A stretch of 64,000 nucleotides of DNA from Flavobacteriales bacterium (GTDB lineage Bacteria > Bacteroidota > Bacteroidia > Flavobacteriales > BACL11): NCBI GenBank assembly GCA_018647945.1, contig JABGSE010000024.1, forward strand, positions 18,016 to 82,015, written 5' to 3'. Within the stretch, counting starts at the first letter, position 1. Each line of letters begins with the position of its first letter. Shown piece after piece: positions 20,177 to 30,793 of the stretch. The notes under the pieces are model-generated. The model made no database searches. It had not been told where the DNA came from and was given only the letters and a program-made list of their open reading frames with translations. The translations under genes and the position numbers were made by a program.

Positions 20177-21124
20177 ATGAACAATTCAATAACAAAAACA
20201 AATTTCAATTTCCCAAATCAAACAAAATTTTACAAAGGAAAAGTAAGAGATGTATACACAATTGGTGAGGACAAATTAGTAATGGTAGTATCGGACAGAA
20301 TCTCTGCATTCGACCATGTATTACCAAAAGGAATCCCTTTCAAAGGACAAGTTTTAAGCCAGATTGCTGCTAAGTTTTTAGATGCAACTTCCGACATAGT
20401 GCCAAATTGGAAGGAAGCAACTCCAGACCCAAATGTAACTGTTGGTAAAATGTGTAAACCTTTTATGGTTGAGATGGTGATAAGAGGATATTTAACCGGT
20501 CATGCTTGGAGAGAATATAGAGACGGAAAGAGAATATTGTGTGGTGTGGCAATGCCTGAAGGGATGTTAGAAAATCAGAAATTTGAAAACCCTATTATTA
20601 CCCCAACTACAAAAGCAGATGTTGGTCATGATGAAGATATTTCCAGAAAGGAGATTTTATCTCAAGGAATTGTATCGGAACAAGATTACATTCAGTTGGA
20701 AAATTATACAAAAGATCTTTTTGCAAGAGGAACAGAAATGGCAAAGGAAAGAGGATTGATTTTAGTAGATACGAAATACGAATTCGGAAAAGACATAAAT
20801 GGTGTTATCACTTTAATTGATGAAATTCATACTCCTGATTCTTCCCGTTATTTTTACATTGAAGGATATGAAGATAAAGTAAAAAATGGTGAAATTCCAA
20901 AACAACTTTCAAAGGAATTTGTTCGTCAGTGGTTAATTGAAAACGGTTTCCAAGGGAAAGAAGGACAAACAATTCCTGTTATGAGTCAGCAGTATGTAAC
21001 TTCTGTTTCCGAAAGATACATTGAACTTTACGAGCATATCTTGGGAGAAAAGTTTGTGAAAGGAGACATATCTAATGTTTCCGAAAGATTGGAAAAGAAT
21101 ATTTTGGATTATTTAAATAACTAA
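20177..21124 (+). CDS. purC: phosphoribosylaminoimidazole-succinocarboxamide (SAICAR) synthase
   Basis: Long-form PurC: [16 protein letters not shown] and LVDTKYEFG motifs. Confidence 0.95.
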   Translation: MNNSITKTNFNFPNQTKFYKGKVRDVYTIGEDKLVMVVSDRISAFDHVLPKGIPFKGQVLSQIAAKFLDATSDIVPNWKEATPDPNVTVGKMCKPFMVEMVIRGYLTGHAWREYRDGKRILCGVAMPEGMLENQKFENPIITPTTKADVGHDEDISRKEILSQGIVSEQDYIQLENYTKDLFARGTEMAKERGLILVDTKYEFGKDINGVITLIDEIHTPDSSRYFYIEGYEDKVKNGEIPKQLSKEFVRQWLIENGFQGKEGQTIPVMSQQYVTSVSERYIELYEHILGEKFVKGDISNVSERLEKNILDYLNN

Positions 21125-21130
21125 AATAAA

Positions 21131-22237
21131 GTGGAAATATTTGTAAATATTCTGTTTTATATTTTTGTATTTTCCATTGTAATTCAACTTTTTTACGCAT
21201 TCTATTTTTTTAAGAAATTATCTACATTCAAGAAAAATGAATCTCAATTTCAAAAGGGAGTTTCAGTTATTATTTGCGCTAAAAATGAAGATAAAAATCT
21301 TGAGAAAAATCTATCTTCTTTTCTGAAACAGAACTATCCTTTTTATGAAGTGATTGTGGTAAACGATCAATCTGTTGACAGAACAAAATATGTTTTGCAG
21401 GATTTTGAAAAACATAATTTCAACCTAAAAGTGGTAACAATTGAAGAGAATGTAATGCACCGCCCAGGAAAAAAGTTTGCACTTACTATGGGACTGAAAG
21501 CTGCAAAATACGATTATGTATTACTGTCGGATGCAGATTGTATGGCGAACTCAGAAAATTGGTTAAAAAAAATGGTGAGTTCCTTTTCAGAAAAAGATAT
21601 TATTTTGGGCTTTGGTGCTTATAAAAAGAAAAGAGGACTCCTAAATAAATTTATTCGTTTCGATACTTTTCAGGTTGCACTTCAATATTTTTCTTATTCT
21701 CTTTCCGGAATTCCGTATATGGGAGTAGGGAGAAATTTGGCCTATAAAAAATCTTTATTTTTTGAGAATAAAGGATTTGCTTCTCATCTTCATGTACCGT
21801 CTGGGGATGACGATTTATTTATACAAGAAGTGGCAACAAAGGATAATGTTACAATTCAGATAACTGAAAATTCGCATACTACTTCTGAAGTTATGGAAAG
21901 TTGGGGAGAATGGATTTATCAGAAAAGAAGACACATTACAACTTCAAAATACTACAAGCAAAAACATAAAATTTTACTTGCAATTTGGCCATTTTCTCAA
22001 ATGTTATTTTGGATTTTATCAATTCCTCTATTTATTTTATTTCCTAACATTTATATTGTTTTGTTCTTGTTTCTCTTCCGGATTTTAGTGTATTATTTTG
22101 TTTACAGTAAGAGTATGAAACAGTTAGAAGTAAAAGATTTATATCCTTATTTTCCTCTAATTGAGTTTTTCTACCTTTTAGTACAAGGATTTTTTGTATT
22201 ATTGAATTTATTTTACAAACCAAAACTTTGGAAATGA
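21131..22237 (+). CDS. family 2 glycosyltransferase with C-terminal membrane domain
   Basis: VSVIICAKNE, LSDADCM (DxD-like) and a YQKRRH (QxxRW-like) motif, followed by TM helices. GTG start. Confidence 0.8.
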   Translation: MEIFVNILFYIFVFSIVIQLFYAFYFFKKLSTFKKNESQFQKGVSVIICAKNEDKNLEKNLSSFLKQNYPFYEVIVVNDQSVDRTKYVLQDFEKHNFNLKVVTIEENVMHRPGKKFALTMGLKAAKYDYVLLSDADCMANSENWLKKMVSSFSEKDIILGFGAYKKKRGLLNKFIRFDTFQVALQYFSYSLSGIPYMGVGRNLAYKKSLFFENKGFASHLHVPSGDDDLFIQEVATKDNVTIQITENSHTTSEVMESWGEWIYQKRRHITTSKYYKQKHKILLAIWPFSQMLFWILSIPLFILFPNIYIVLFLFLFRILVYYFVYSKSMKQLEVKDLYPYFPLIEFFYLLVQGFFVLLNLFYKPKLWK

Positions 22238-22836
22238 GTAGAGAACTAACAGAGAAAGGAAAAAGAGATTTAAAACTAATAAATAGAGCAATGGAGACTG
22301 GCGATCCTACTGCTTACAATGAGTTGATGAAATTGTATCGTGATCCACTTTATTTTATGCTCTACGAAAAAATAGGAAATCAGGATTTGGCAAAAGACCT
22401 TACAATTGAAGCTCTTGGAAAGGCCTTTAAAAAACTTCACCTTTACGTTCCGGATTATGCATTTAGCACTTGGCTGTTTACAATTGCTCGTAATAATTGT
22501 ATCGATTATCTGAGGAAAAAGAAACTACCTACTTTTTCTATTGATAAAATGATGGTTAATGATGAGGGAAAAAAGACCAATTTTGATTTAACATCTCCTG
22601 ATCCTAATCCGGAAATGATAATGATTAAAAAACAGAGAATTAAAATCCTTAGAAGAATTGTAGGTCAGCTAAAACCAAAATACAGAGATTTGGTAAGATT
22701 GAGGTATTTTAAAGAATATTCCTATGAGGAAATTTCTCAAGAATTGGATATACCACTAGGAACTGTAAAAGCACAATTACACAGATCGAGAAATCAGCTA
22801 TTTAAAATTATGTCGGGAGCAAAGGACAGTATTTAA
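22228..22836 (+). CDS. sigma-70 family (ECF-like) RNA polymerase sigma factor
   Basis: Region 2 (FSTWLFTIARNNCIDYLRK) and region 4 HTH (YSYEEISQELDIPLGTVKAQLHRSR). The start may instead be the ATG at 22234, which would make an ATGA overlap with the GT2 stop. Confidence 0.85.
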   Translation: MEMSRELTEKGKRDLKLINRAMETGDPTAYNELMKLYRDPLYFMLYEKIGNQDLAKDLTIEALGKAFKKLHLYVPDYAFSTWLFTIARNNCIDYLRKKKLPTFSIDKMMVNDEGKKTNFDLTSPDPNPEMIMIKKQRIKILRRIVGQLKPKYRDLVRLRYFKEYSYEEISQELDIPLGTVKAQLHRSRNQLFKIMSGAKDSI

Positions 22837-23453
22837 TGGATCTTATCTTAAAGTATTTCCCCGATTTAACAGAAACACAAATAAAAAAATTTTCTCAGTT
22901 ACAAAACTTATACAATGAGTGGAACGCTCAAATAAATGTTATCTCCCGTAAGGATATGGAAAATTTGTATGTGAAACATATACTGCACTCACTTGCTATT
23001 GCAAAAGTGATACAATTTTCGGATGGAAGTAAAGTATTAGATGTAGGAACTGGAGGAGGTTTTCCTGGTATTCCACTGGCCATATTATTTCCTAAAGTAG
23101 AATTTTTACTTGTTGATAGTATTGGTAAAAAAATAAAAGTAGTAAATGAAGTGTCCTCTGCAATAGAACTTAAAAACTTAACGGCACAGCACAAAAGAGC
23201 GGAACAAGTTGTTGGTCAATTTGATTTTGTGGTGAGTAGAGCGGTTACTAAAATGAAAGTATTTCAGCAATGGGTCAGAAAAAGAATTTCTACACAACAA
23301 AAAAATACTCTTTTTAATGGAATACTTTACCTAAAAGGAGGAGACTTAACAGAAGAACTACAAGGTATCAAAAATGTAGATTTGTATGAAATCCCTGATT
23401 TTTTTGAAGAAGTTTTTTTTGAAACTAAAAAAGTGGTATATATTGGGTATTAG
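22836..23453 (+). CDS. rsmG: 16S rRNA (guanine527-N7)-methyltransferase
   Basis: SAM motif VLDVGTGGGFPGIPLAI; 205 aa. Confidence 0.9.
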   Translation: MDLILKYFPDLTETQIKKFSQLQNLYNEWNAQINVISRKDMENLYVKHILHSLAIAKVIQFSDGSKVLDVGTGGGFPGIPLAILFPKVEFLLVDSIGKKIKVVNEVSSAIELKNLTAQHKRAEQVVGQFDFVVSRAVTKMKVFQQWVRKRISTQQKNTLFNGILYLKGGDLTEELQGIKNVDLYEIPDFFEEVFFETKKVVYIGY

Positions 23454-24485
23454 TTACTCAATAATTATTTTTTTCTCTGCCATTCCATTATTATAAATAT
23501 AAAACAGAATTCCTTTTGTTCGCTTTTCTACTTCTTTCCCTAATACATCTACTATCTTTATTAATTCTTTATTAGTACTATATTTCTCCATGTCAGATGT
23601 AGTCTCCCCAACTTCTAGTTTTATTCCTACAGGTCTGTGGTCGGATATATTATTATCGTACTGATTCCAGTTATTCATATAATCATCAATCTTTATGCAT
23701 CTTATTTCCGAATTAGGGTTCTGAAAATCTATAAATAATTCATTAGTAATAAGTATATGGTCTAGGTGAGAAGACCATGTGGGATAAGAAAAATCTGTAG
23801 GATTACCCAAAGCAATTTGCATATCGGTAAACATATAATTCATATTATCATTTATTATACTTTGAAAAACATTATTAGTAGGAGAGTCCGTTAATATATC
23901 GTTCAAATCTCCCACTACAATCACTCTCCCATTTATAAATACACTATCTATATATTGTTTCAGAAGTGTTACGGCAGTAAGCCTTCTCATTTCTTCATCA
24001 CTGGGGTCGTTTGTGTTTAATGTTCCATCTCCACAGCACTTAAAATGATTGTTGATTATTACATAATCTTCTCCCTCAAAAGTAAGTTCCAATACTTGTG
24101 GTGATCTAGGGAAAGCTGACCAATAGGGTTGTGAGGTGTAAATTTCATATTTATTGTTTATGCTTACCGTATTTGCGTTATACACATAAGCCAATCCTCC
24201 ATAATAGGAGCTTTTAAAATGGCATTCGTATCCGGGAATATTTGCTACAACAGATTTAAGTAAGGTGGTATCGCCTATTTCTTGTAAAGCGTATATATCT
24301 GCCTGTAAATTACTGAGTATTGTTTCTACATAATTTGAGGTAGTTGTTCCGTTTTTTGGGAACCATTCAATATTCCAACTTATTACCTCAAAAGTGGAGT
24401 CCGTACCAAAACCTAAGTTGTTTAGGTTTTGCGATTTTAGTAATGTAGTCGACAATACTAATATTAAAAAAAGTATTTTTCTCAT
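23454..24485 (-). CDS. secreted endonuclease/exonuclease/phosphatase (EEP) family protein with T9SS type A sorting domain
   Basis: Signal peptide. EEP motifs (VISWNIEWF, IYALQEI, GDLND, SDHRPV). C-terminal LIKIVDVLGKEVEKRTKGILFYIYNNGMAEKKIIIE. Confidence 0.7.
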   Translation of the reverse strand: MRKILFLILVLSTTLLKSQNLNNLGFGTDSTFEVISWNIEWFPKNGTTTSNYVETILSNLQADIYALQEIGDTTLLKSVVANIPGYECHFKSSYYGGLAYVYNANTVSINNKYEIYTSQPYWSAFPRSPQVLELTFEGEDYVIINNHFKCCGDGTLNTNDPSDEEMRRLTAVTLLKQYIDSVFINGRVIVVGDLNDILTDSPTNNVFQSIINDNMNYMFTDMQIALGNPTDFSYPTWSSHLDHILITNELFIDFQNPNSEIRCIKIDDYMNNWNQYDNNISDHRPVGIKLEVGETTSDMEKYSTNKELIKIVDVLGKEVEKRTKGILFYIYNNGMAEKKIIIE

Positions 24486-25696
24486 TAATTTATTTTTAAA
24501 TATTCTTTATCAAATATTCTCCTGACAGAATTTTTAAGTTTAGTAGGCCAGTTTTTATTCATACTTGGTTGTTCAATAATGAGATAAAACAAGGTTGAGA
24601 TAATTAAAATTGCAATTACTATAATAATTGTATAAAAGCTGGAATTAATAAATTGATTATTTGAAAATGAAAATTTCATTAGATGATTACCAAAAAAACT
24701 AATAATCGAAAAATGTAATAAGTAAATACTATAACACATGCCTCCAATATTTGTAATTATTTTATGTGATAAAATAGGTAATGATTTATAAATTATAACA
24801 TTATAATACACAATTATTATTAGAAATAAAACAATAATTTCCCATAATATTTTTTTGTAGAGCACTGAAAAATCATGAATATCTAAACTAAATATTAATA
24901 ATAAGGATACTATTGTAATAATATTTCTTAGAACGGTATTCTTCTTCTCAGTTTCAACCATAATATATAAGTCAACTAACAAAAAACCGATTAAAAAGAA
25001 TTGCAAATAATCTAGAATAGAAATAAAAGAAAACTGAGTGTAATGCGAAAGAATAGAGAAAATCATACTTAGAATTAATATAGATCCTCTTCTATAAAAT
25101 TTATTTTTTACAGTAAAAATTAATGATAATAAAGGAGCTAAAATGTAAAATTGAATCTCTATTTCTAAACTCCAAGCTATTGTATTTATTAATGGTAAAA
25201 CTTCTTTTCCGTAAATAAAATTATGGGTATATGTAATTGAGGCTAAGAAACTCTTTATCGCTTTCTCAGTAGTATAGTTATCTGTGTAAAAAATAGTTGC
25301 AATTAATAGAAATATCATTGCAATAATATAGGGAGGTTCAACTCGAGTTATTCTTCTGATAATATAGTTTTTAATATTTATTTTTTCACCACCTAATAAA
25401 TGATTTTTAGCAAACGGAAGGCCTAATATAAATCCACTTAACACAAAGAATAGATGTAAAGCAATATCACCATTTTGTATAAAACGAAAAATAAAATCAA
25501 AATTATAGTCTGAAGTGTAATTTGTTAAATCCTTTACAATTAAAAATCCACTTAAATGATAAGCAACTATTGCAATTACCATAATAAATCTCAGTCCATC
25601 TATTTCCGGAATAAAGTTACCAGAAGAAGTAATTCTAGATAAAGATAATTTATATTTTTTCACAAAAGTAAATAATTTCTCCTTTAGGTAGAGCAT
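24485..25696 (-). CDS. acyltransferase family 3 membrane protein
   Basis: IPEIDGLRFIMVIAIVAYH start of the acyltransferase-3 domain and about 10 TM segments. Confidence 0.8.
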   Translation of the reverse strand: MLYLKEKLFTFVKKYKLSLSRITSSGNFIPEIDGLRFIMVIAIVAYHLSGFLIVKDLTNYTSDYNFDFIFRFIQNGDIALHLFFVLSGFILGLPFAKNHLLGGEKINIKNYIIRRITRVEPPYIIAMIFLLIATIFYTDNYTTEKAIKSFLASITYTHNFIYGKEVLPLINTIAWSLEIEIQFYILAPLLSLIFTVKNKFYRRGSILILSMIFSILSHYTQFSFISILDYLQFFLIGFLLVDLYIMVETEKKNTVLRNIITIVSLLLIFSLDIHDFSVLYKKILWEIIVLFLIIIVYYNVIIYKSLPILSHKIITNIGGMCYSIYLLHFSIISFFGNHLMKFSFSNNQFINSSFYTIIIVIAILIISTLFYLIIEQPSMNKNWPTKLKNSVRRIFDKEYLKIN

Positions 25697-26417
25697 AGCG
25701 TTTTACCAACTTTGAATCTAGTTCGTTTATAAAATCACTTTCAGTTACTTTAAATCCGGCTGCTGCAAGTTTTTTACCATAGTCCAAACCAAATAATCTT
25801 AAGTGGTCATCTTGCCAATACAATCTTTCTCTTTCTTTTGGGTCAGTTACGCTTTTATCTTCCTCCGTATTTGGATTATTTGTATCAATTGGCACTTGAA
25901 ATATTCCCCAACCTCCCGGCTTCATTACTCTGTAAAATTCCGTCATTACTTTATGAGAATCATCAACATGTTCCAATACATGATTACAAATTACTACATC
26001 AAAAGTATTGTCCTCCATTGGTATCTTATGTACATCCATTTTTACATCTGCCCATGGAGAGATTAAATCTCCAGTGATGTAGTCCAAGTTTTTCATTCCC
26101 TTAAATAATTTAATGAAACAATATTCGGGAGCAATGTGCAGAAACTTTAAGTTGTCGGTAAAAAAGTTTGTTTTTTCTTTCATAAAAAGCCACATTAATC
26201 TGTGTCTTTCCAAACTCATGCTATCTGGAGCTATTGCATTTTCACGAGATTTTAATCTTCCGTAAGGAAGTAGTTTTCTATATGTTTTCCCATTTATTGG
26301 ATCTTCAAACTTATTTCCTCTCATAAAAAGAGAGAATATCTGTAAGAAAAAATGACTGACATGTTGTAAGTAATGCCTTGGTATTAATCTTGTAGCTAAG
26401 CTAATTATGGTTTTCAT
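25650..26417 (-). CDS. class I SAM-dependent methyltransferase
   Basis: FDVVICNHVLEHV and MKPGGWGIFQVP motifs. The ORF-track TTG start at 26441 was trimmed to the first ATG at 26417, because a TATATTTG promoter-like element sits inside the extension. Confidence 0.8.
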   Translation of the reverse strand: MKTIISLATRLIPRHYLQHVSHFFLQIFSLFMRGNKFEDPINGKTYRKLLPYGRLKSRENAIAPDSMSLERHRLMWLFMKEKTNFFTDNLKFLHIAPEYCFIKLFKGMKNLDYITGDLISPWADVKMDVHKIPMEDNTFDVVICNHVLEHVDDSHKVMTEFYRVMKPGGWGIFQVPIDTNNPNTEEDKSVTDPKERERLYWQDDHLRLFGLDYGKKLAAAGFKVTESDFINELDSKLVKRYALPKGEIIYFCEKI

Positions 26418-26438
26418 TATCTTATTTTTGGTTGCTTG

Positions 26439-26446
26439 CAAATATA
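26439..26446 (-). promoter_or_regulatory. candidate -7 promoter element (TAnnTTTG) for the methyltransferase gene
   Basis: The minus strand reads TATATTTG, 22 nt upstream of the ATG at 26417. Confidence 0.35.
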
Positions 26447-26465
26447 AAATTTTTGCTGAGCCATT

Positions 26466-28220
26466 TTACAGATTTTCAGTTGTTTGTTTTTTGTGCATTT
26501 CCGCATAAAATCCATTGTTATTTATTAACTCATTATGAGTTCCTTTTTCAATTATTTCTCCTTCATCTAACACAATAATCTGATTTGCATTTTGCAAAGA
26601 TGAAGTTCTGTGACTAATAATAATATTGGTATTTTCTTTTGTTTTCCCACTTAGATTTTTGAGAATCAATTTCTCTTTATTGGCATCAATTGCCGAAAGA
26701 CAATCGTCAAAAATATAAATAGGAGGATTAATGTATATTGCACGGGCAATGGACAACCTTTGTCTTTGTCCTCCAGAAAGCTGTACTCCTCTTTCCCCAA
26801 TTATAGTGTTGTATTTGTCTGGGAAACTCTCAATTTCTTCTGTAATTTCTGCAGTTTTGGCTGCCTCTTTTATTTCTTCTTCCTCTTCTTCTTTACTATC
26901 TATTCCAAAACTTATATTTTCGTTTACTGTGCCGGAAAAAAGAAATCCATCTTGCGGAACATATCCAATGTTTTTCCTTAAATCAAATAAATTTAAATCT
27001 CCAATTTTTGTATTGTCATAAAATATTTCCCCATTATCAATATCATACATTCTGCAAAGTAAATTTGCAATGGTCGATTTTCCGCTTCCAGTTTTTCCGA
27101 AAATGCCCAAGGTTTCATTTTCTTTCAAACTGAAACTAATATTCTTAAGTGCTTTTATTCCTGTATCTGGATAAATAAAAGAAACATTTTCGAAAGTTAT
27201 ATTTCCCTTTATTAAAGTATTATTAGGATTTGTGTTTTTTATTTCTGTTTCAATTTTCAGAAACTCATTAATTCTTTCCATGGAAGCTTCTGCCCTTTGT
27301 ACCAAAGAGGTAACCCATCCAACTGAGGCAACAGGCCATGTAAGCATGTTTACATAAATAATAAATTCCGCAATATTTCCGGTAGTAATTTTTCCTTTAA
27401 AGTTTTCTAATCCTCCAATATAAATTGTTGTAATAGTACTTGTTCCTATCAGTAAAATAATAAGTGGAAAGAACCAAGCTTCAACCGAAACAAGTTTTAG
27501 TTGTCGATTTGTGTATTTTTTACAACTATCAAAAAATAGTTTAAAGGAATTCTCTTCATTCCTGAAAATTTTAACAATATTAATTGCGCTGAAAGTTTCC
27601 TGACTAATAGAAGTAAGAACTGATAACTGATTTTGAACTCTTTCGCTATTTTTATTTATTTTATTACTTACATGATATACAGCAATTGCTAATATTGGTA
27701 ATGGTATTAATACATATAAAGTAAGTGTAGTATTTATACTTAACATTTTCCCAATTACGAGTATAAACAGAAATGCCATATTTATAGCATACATTAATGC
27801 AGGACCCAAGTACATTCTTACTCTATTTACATCTTCCGTTATTCTATTCATCAAATCTCCAGTGTTGTTCTTTTTGTAAAACGATAAACTCAAATTCTGA
27901 TATTGTTTGTAAATCTCATTTTTTAAATCAAATTCAATTTTTCGGGACATTACAATTACTGTTTGTCTCATAAAATACATGAAAATACCCTTTAAAATAG
28001 CGAATAAAACGATAAGTCCACCAAATTTCAGCAAGTAAAAGTGGATTTTTTTGTCAGAAGTTGGATTTTCTAATACATTTTGAATGTAATCAAAAGCATG
28101 CCGAACAAACTCTGCCGGATATAAAGCAAAAACATTGGATATCAGAATAAAAAAGGTTCCAATGACAAGTAATTTTCGGTATTTTGCAAAGTATTTATTA
28201 AGGTAAAAAAGGTTTTTCAA
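26466..28220 (-). CDS. ABC exporter, fused permease/ATPase (MsbA-like)
   Basis: Six-TM domain, then Walker A GKTGSGKST, signature LSGGQRQR and Walker B IYIFDDCLSAID. Confidence 0.85.
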   Translation of the reverse strand: MKNLFYLNKYFAKYRKLLVIGTFFILISNVFALYPAEFVRHAFDYIQNVLENPTSDKKIHFYLLKFGGLIVLFAILKGIFMYFMRQTVIVMSRKIEFDLKNEIYKQYQNLSLSFYKKNNTGDLMNRITEDVNRVRMYLGPALMYAINMAFLFILVIGKMLSINTTLTLYVLIPLPILAIAVYHVSNKINKNSERVQNQLSVLTSISQETFSAINIVKIFRNEENSFKLFFDSCKKYTNRQLKLVSVEAWFFPLIILLIGTSTITTIYIGGLENFKGKITTGNIAEFIIYVNMLTWPVASVGWVTSLVQRAEASMERINEFLKIETEIKNTNPNNTLIKGNITFENVSFIYPDTGIKALKNISFSLKENETLGIFGKTGSGKSTIANLLCRMYDIDNGEIFYDNTKIGDLNLFDLRKNIGYVPQDGFLFSGTVNENISFGIDSKEEEEEEIKEAAKTAEITEEIESFPDKYNTIIGERGVQLSGGQRQRLSIARAIYINPPIYIFDDCLSAIDANKEKLILKNLSGKTKENTNIIISHRTSSLQNANQIIVLDEGEIIEKGTHNELINNNGFYAEMHKKQTTENL

Positions 28221-28347
28221 TTCTATTTTGTGTTTTCATTTTGGTAGCCCAAAAATAATAACTAATTTTGCGAACCATTTAAAAAAATGAATTAACTTCT
28301 GAAAATGTGGTATTTTTTTTATTAATTGAACAAAAATATTTGACATA

Positions 28348-29421
28348 ATGAGTAAAACGAATGATAAAATTTCGGGTCCAGTTATTAGTAATATGGAAAT
28401 GATGGGTCATGAACAAGTAGTTTTTTGTAACGATAAGGAAACAGGATTAAGAGCGATAATAGCAATACACGACACTACTTTGGGGCCCGCACTTGGAGGA
28501 ACAAGAATGTGGAGTTATTCGAATGAAGAAAATGCAATTGAAGATGTTTTACGTCTTTCCAGAGGGATGACATATAAAGCAGCTATTTCTGGATTAAAAC
28601 TTGGAGGAGGAAAGGCTGTAATTATTGGAAATTCTTCTACTGAAAAAACGGAAGAATTAATGAAAAAATTCGGAAATTTTGTTGATAGTTTAGGAGGGAA
28701 ATACATTACTGCAGAAGATGTTGGAATGAATACAAAGGACATGGAATATGTCCGAACTCAAACAAAACATGTAACAGGAATTCCTGAATCAATGGGTGGG
28801 AGTGGAGATCCTTCTCCAGTAACTGCTTTTGGTGTATATATGGGGATGAAGGCTTCTGCAAAATTCAAGTGGGGTTCTGATGATTTATCATCTAAAAAAG
28901 TATTGGTACAAGGAGCGGGTAATGTAGGAGAAAATTTAGTAAAACATCTTACAGAAGAAGGAGCAATTGTTTTAATTAATGATATAAATGAGCAAAAACT
29001 AAATGAAGTTTCTTCAAAATACGGAGCGGAAATTGTAAGGGGTGATGGTATTTATGATATGGATATGGATATTTATGCCCCATGTGCACTTGGAGCTACT
29101 TTAAATTCGGATACTATTTCTCGTTTGAAATGTGATATTATTGCAGGTGCTGCAAATAATCAGTTGTTAGATGAAAATATTAATGGGGAAGAAATTAAGA
29201 AAAAAGGAATTATCTACGCTCCTGATTTTCTGATAAACGCAGGAGGATTAATAAATGTTTATTCCGAAATAAATGGATACGATAGAGAAAAATCTCTTTC
29301 CCAAACCAGAGAAATTTACAATACTACTTTGCAGATTTTGAAAAAAGCTGAATTAGAAGATATTACTACTCACAAAGCAGCTTTGGAAATTGCAAAACAA
29401 AGAATTTCTGATAATAAATAG
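28348..29421 (+). CDS. leucine dehydrogenase (Glu/Leu/Phe/Val dehydrogenase family)
   Basis: GPALGGTRMW, KLGGGKAVI (catalytic Lys region) and the NAD motif VQGAGNVG; 357 aa. Confidence 0.85.
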   Translation: MSKTNDKISGPVISNMEMMGHEQVVFCNDKETGLRAIIAIHDTTLGPALGGTRMWSYSNEENAIEDVLRLSRGMTYKAAISGLKLGGGKAVIIGNSSTEKTEELMKKFGNFVDSLGGKYITAEDVGMNTKDMEYVRTQTKHVTGIPESMGGSGDPSPVTAFGVYMGMKASAKFKWGSDDLSSKKVLVQGAGNVGENLVKHLTEEGAIVLINDINEQKLNEVSSKYGAEIVRGDGIYDMDMDIYAPCALGATLNSDTISRLKCDIIAGAANNQLLDENINGEEIKKKGIIYAPDFLINAGGLINVYSEINGYDREKSLSQTREIYNTTLQILKKAELEDITTHKAALEIAKQRISDNK

Positions 29422-29430
29422 TACAAGAAA

Positions 29431-30372
29431 ATGATTAACAGAAGACATATAAGGTTAAAAGTAATGCAATCATTGTATTCTTATTTTTCTTCCTTCAATA
29501 AGGACATGGCAGTTACTGAAAAAGAAATGATGAAGAATATAAATAGTATTTCGGAGTTACATGTTCTTTTGTTGTCCTTATTGGTTGAAATTAATTCTTT
29601 TACTGATCAGTTTTTAGAAGACAATAAAACAAAATATATTCCTTCCGCAGAGGATTTAAATCCGAATACAAAATTTGTAAACAATAGAGTTATTGAAATT
29701 TTACAAGAAGATGAAATTTTCATGAAAAAGATGAAAAGACTATCTGGTATTTGGAGAAAAGGAGATATTGACATTGTTAGAAAATTATTTGTTGATATTT
29801 ACAAAAGTCCTCAATATTCAGATTATCTAAATAATGAGAAAGATAGTTTTTCTGATGACAAAAAGTTCATTCAAGTTTTGTACACAGAATTTATTTTGGA
29901 TAACGACATCTTACATCACGTTCTACAAGAAAGAAGTATATTTTGGGATGATGATTTACCTTTTGTAGCAAGTTTTATTAAAAATCAAATTAACTTTTTG
30001 GATGAAAATAAAATAAGACCATTTGTAGTTGATGTATTTAAAAATTCTGATGATAAGAAGTTTGCAGTTCAACTATTTCGAAAAACAATTATTCATTCTG
30101 ATGAATTTGATGAATTAATTCAGAAAAATGTAAAAAATTGGGAGTTGGAAAGAATAGCAAATATGGATCAGCTGTTGATAAAAATGGCACTTGTAGAAGT
30201 GATTTCTTTCCAAGAAATGCCAATAAAAGTTTCGTTTAACGAGTACATTGAAATTTCAAAATACTACAGCACCGAAAAATCGAAAGTGTTTATTAATGGA
30301 ATTTTAGATAAAATTGTTTCTCAATTTAAAAGGGACGGTAAAGTTAAAAAAGTAGGTAGAGGACTTGTATAA
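29431..30372 (+). CDS. nusB: transcription antitermination factor NusB (long Bacteroidota form)
   Basis: INRRHIRLKVMQSLY N-terminus, C-terminal NEYIEISKYYSTEKSKVFINGILDKI, and the nusB-DUF1573-yajC synteny. Confidence 0.8.
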   Translation: MINRRHIRLKVMQSLYSYFSSFNKDMAVTEKEMMKNINSISELHVLLLSLLVEINSFTDQFLEDNKTKYIPSAEDLNPNTKFVNNRVIEILQEDEIFMKKMKRLSGIWRKGDIDIVRKLFVDIYKSPQYSDYLNNEKDSFSDDKKFIQVLYTEFILDNDILHHVLQERSIFWDDDLPFVASFIKNQINFLDENKIRPFVVDVFKNSDDKKFAVQLFRKTIIHSDEFDELIQKNVKNWELERIANMDQLLIKMALVEVISFQEMPIKVSFNEYIEISKYYSTEKSKVFINGILDKIVSQFKRDGKVKKVGRGLV

Positions 30373-30373
30373 A

Positions 30374-30793
30374 ATGAGATATCTAATTTACTTTTTATTT
30401 TTTTTAGTTGCTTGTAATTCAGGTGAAAACTATCAAAATACTTCCAATTTAATTGATAACAATGCGCAAATTTCGGTTGAAAATAATATTTTCAATTTTG
30501 GTGAAATTATTCAAGGAGAAAAAGTGACTGCTCAGTTTACAATAAAAAATACGGGAAGTTCTGATTTGATAATTGTAAATGTAAAAACCTCATGCGGCTG
30601 CACGGCTGCAAGTTGGAATAAAAACCCTCTTACTTCTGGAAGGGAAGAAGTTATAGAAGTAACTTTTAACTCTGAAAATAAGATTGGAAAACAAGAAAAA
30701 ACAGTAAGTTTGCTGACAAATGCTACTCCAAACACAACAATATTAACAATAATTGGGAATGTAATTGTTCCTGAAAAAAAATTAAAGAGATGA
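30374..30793 (+). CDS. DUF1573 domain protein
   Basis: Lipoprotein-like signal (LVACNS), FNFGEI...FTIKNTGSSDLII and the KTSCGCT motif. The ORF-track TTG start at 30365 was trimmed to the ATG at 30374. Confidence 0.75.
   Translation: MRYLIYFLFFLVACNSGENYQNTSNLIDNNAQISVENNIFNFGEIIQGEKVTAQFTIKNTGSSDLIIVNVKTSCGCTAASWNKNPLTSGREEVIEVTFNSENKIGKQEKTVSLLTNATPNTTILTIIGNVIVPEKKLKR

Noticed and set aside
26860-26900. The Glu-rich run (SKEEEEEEIKEAAK) in the ABC exporter as an unusual insertion
   Set aside because: It aligns with the normally acidic helical segment that precedes the ABC signature motif in MsbA-like proteins. It is only a compositional exaggeration of that segment.
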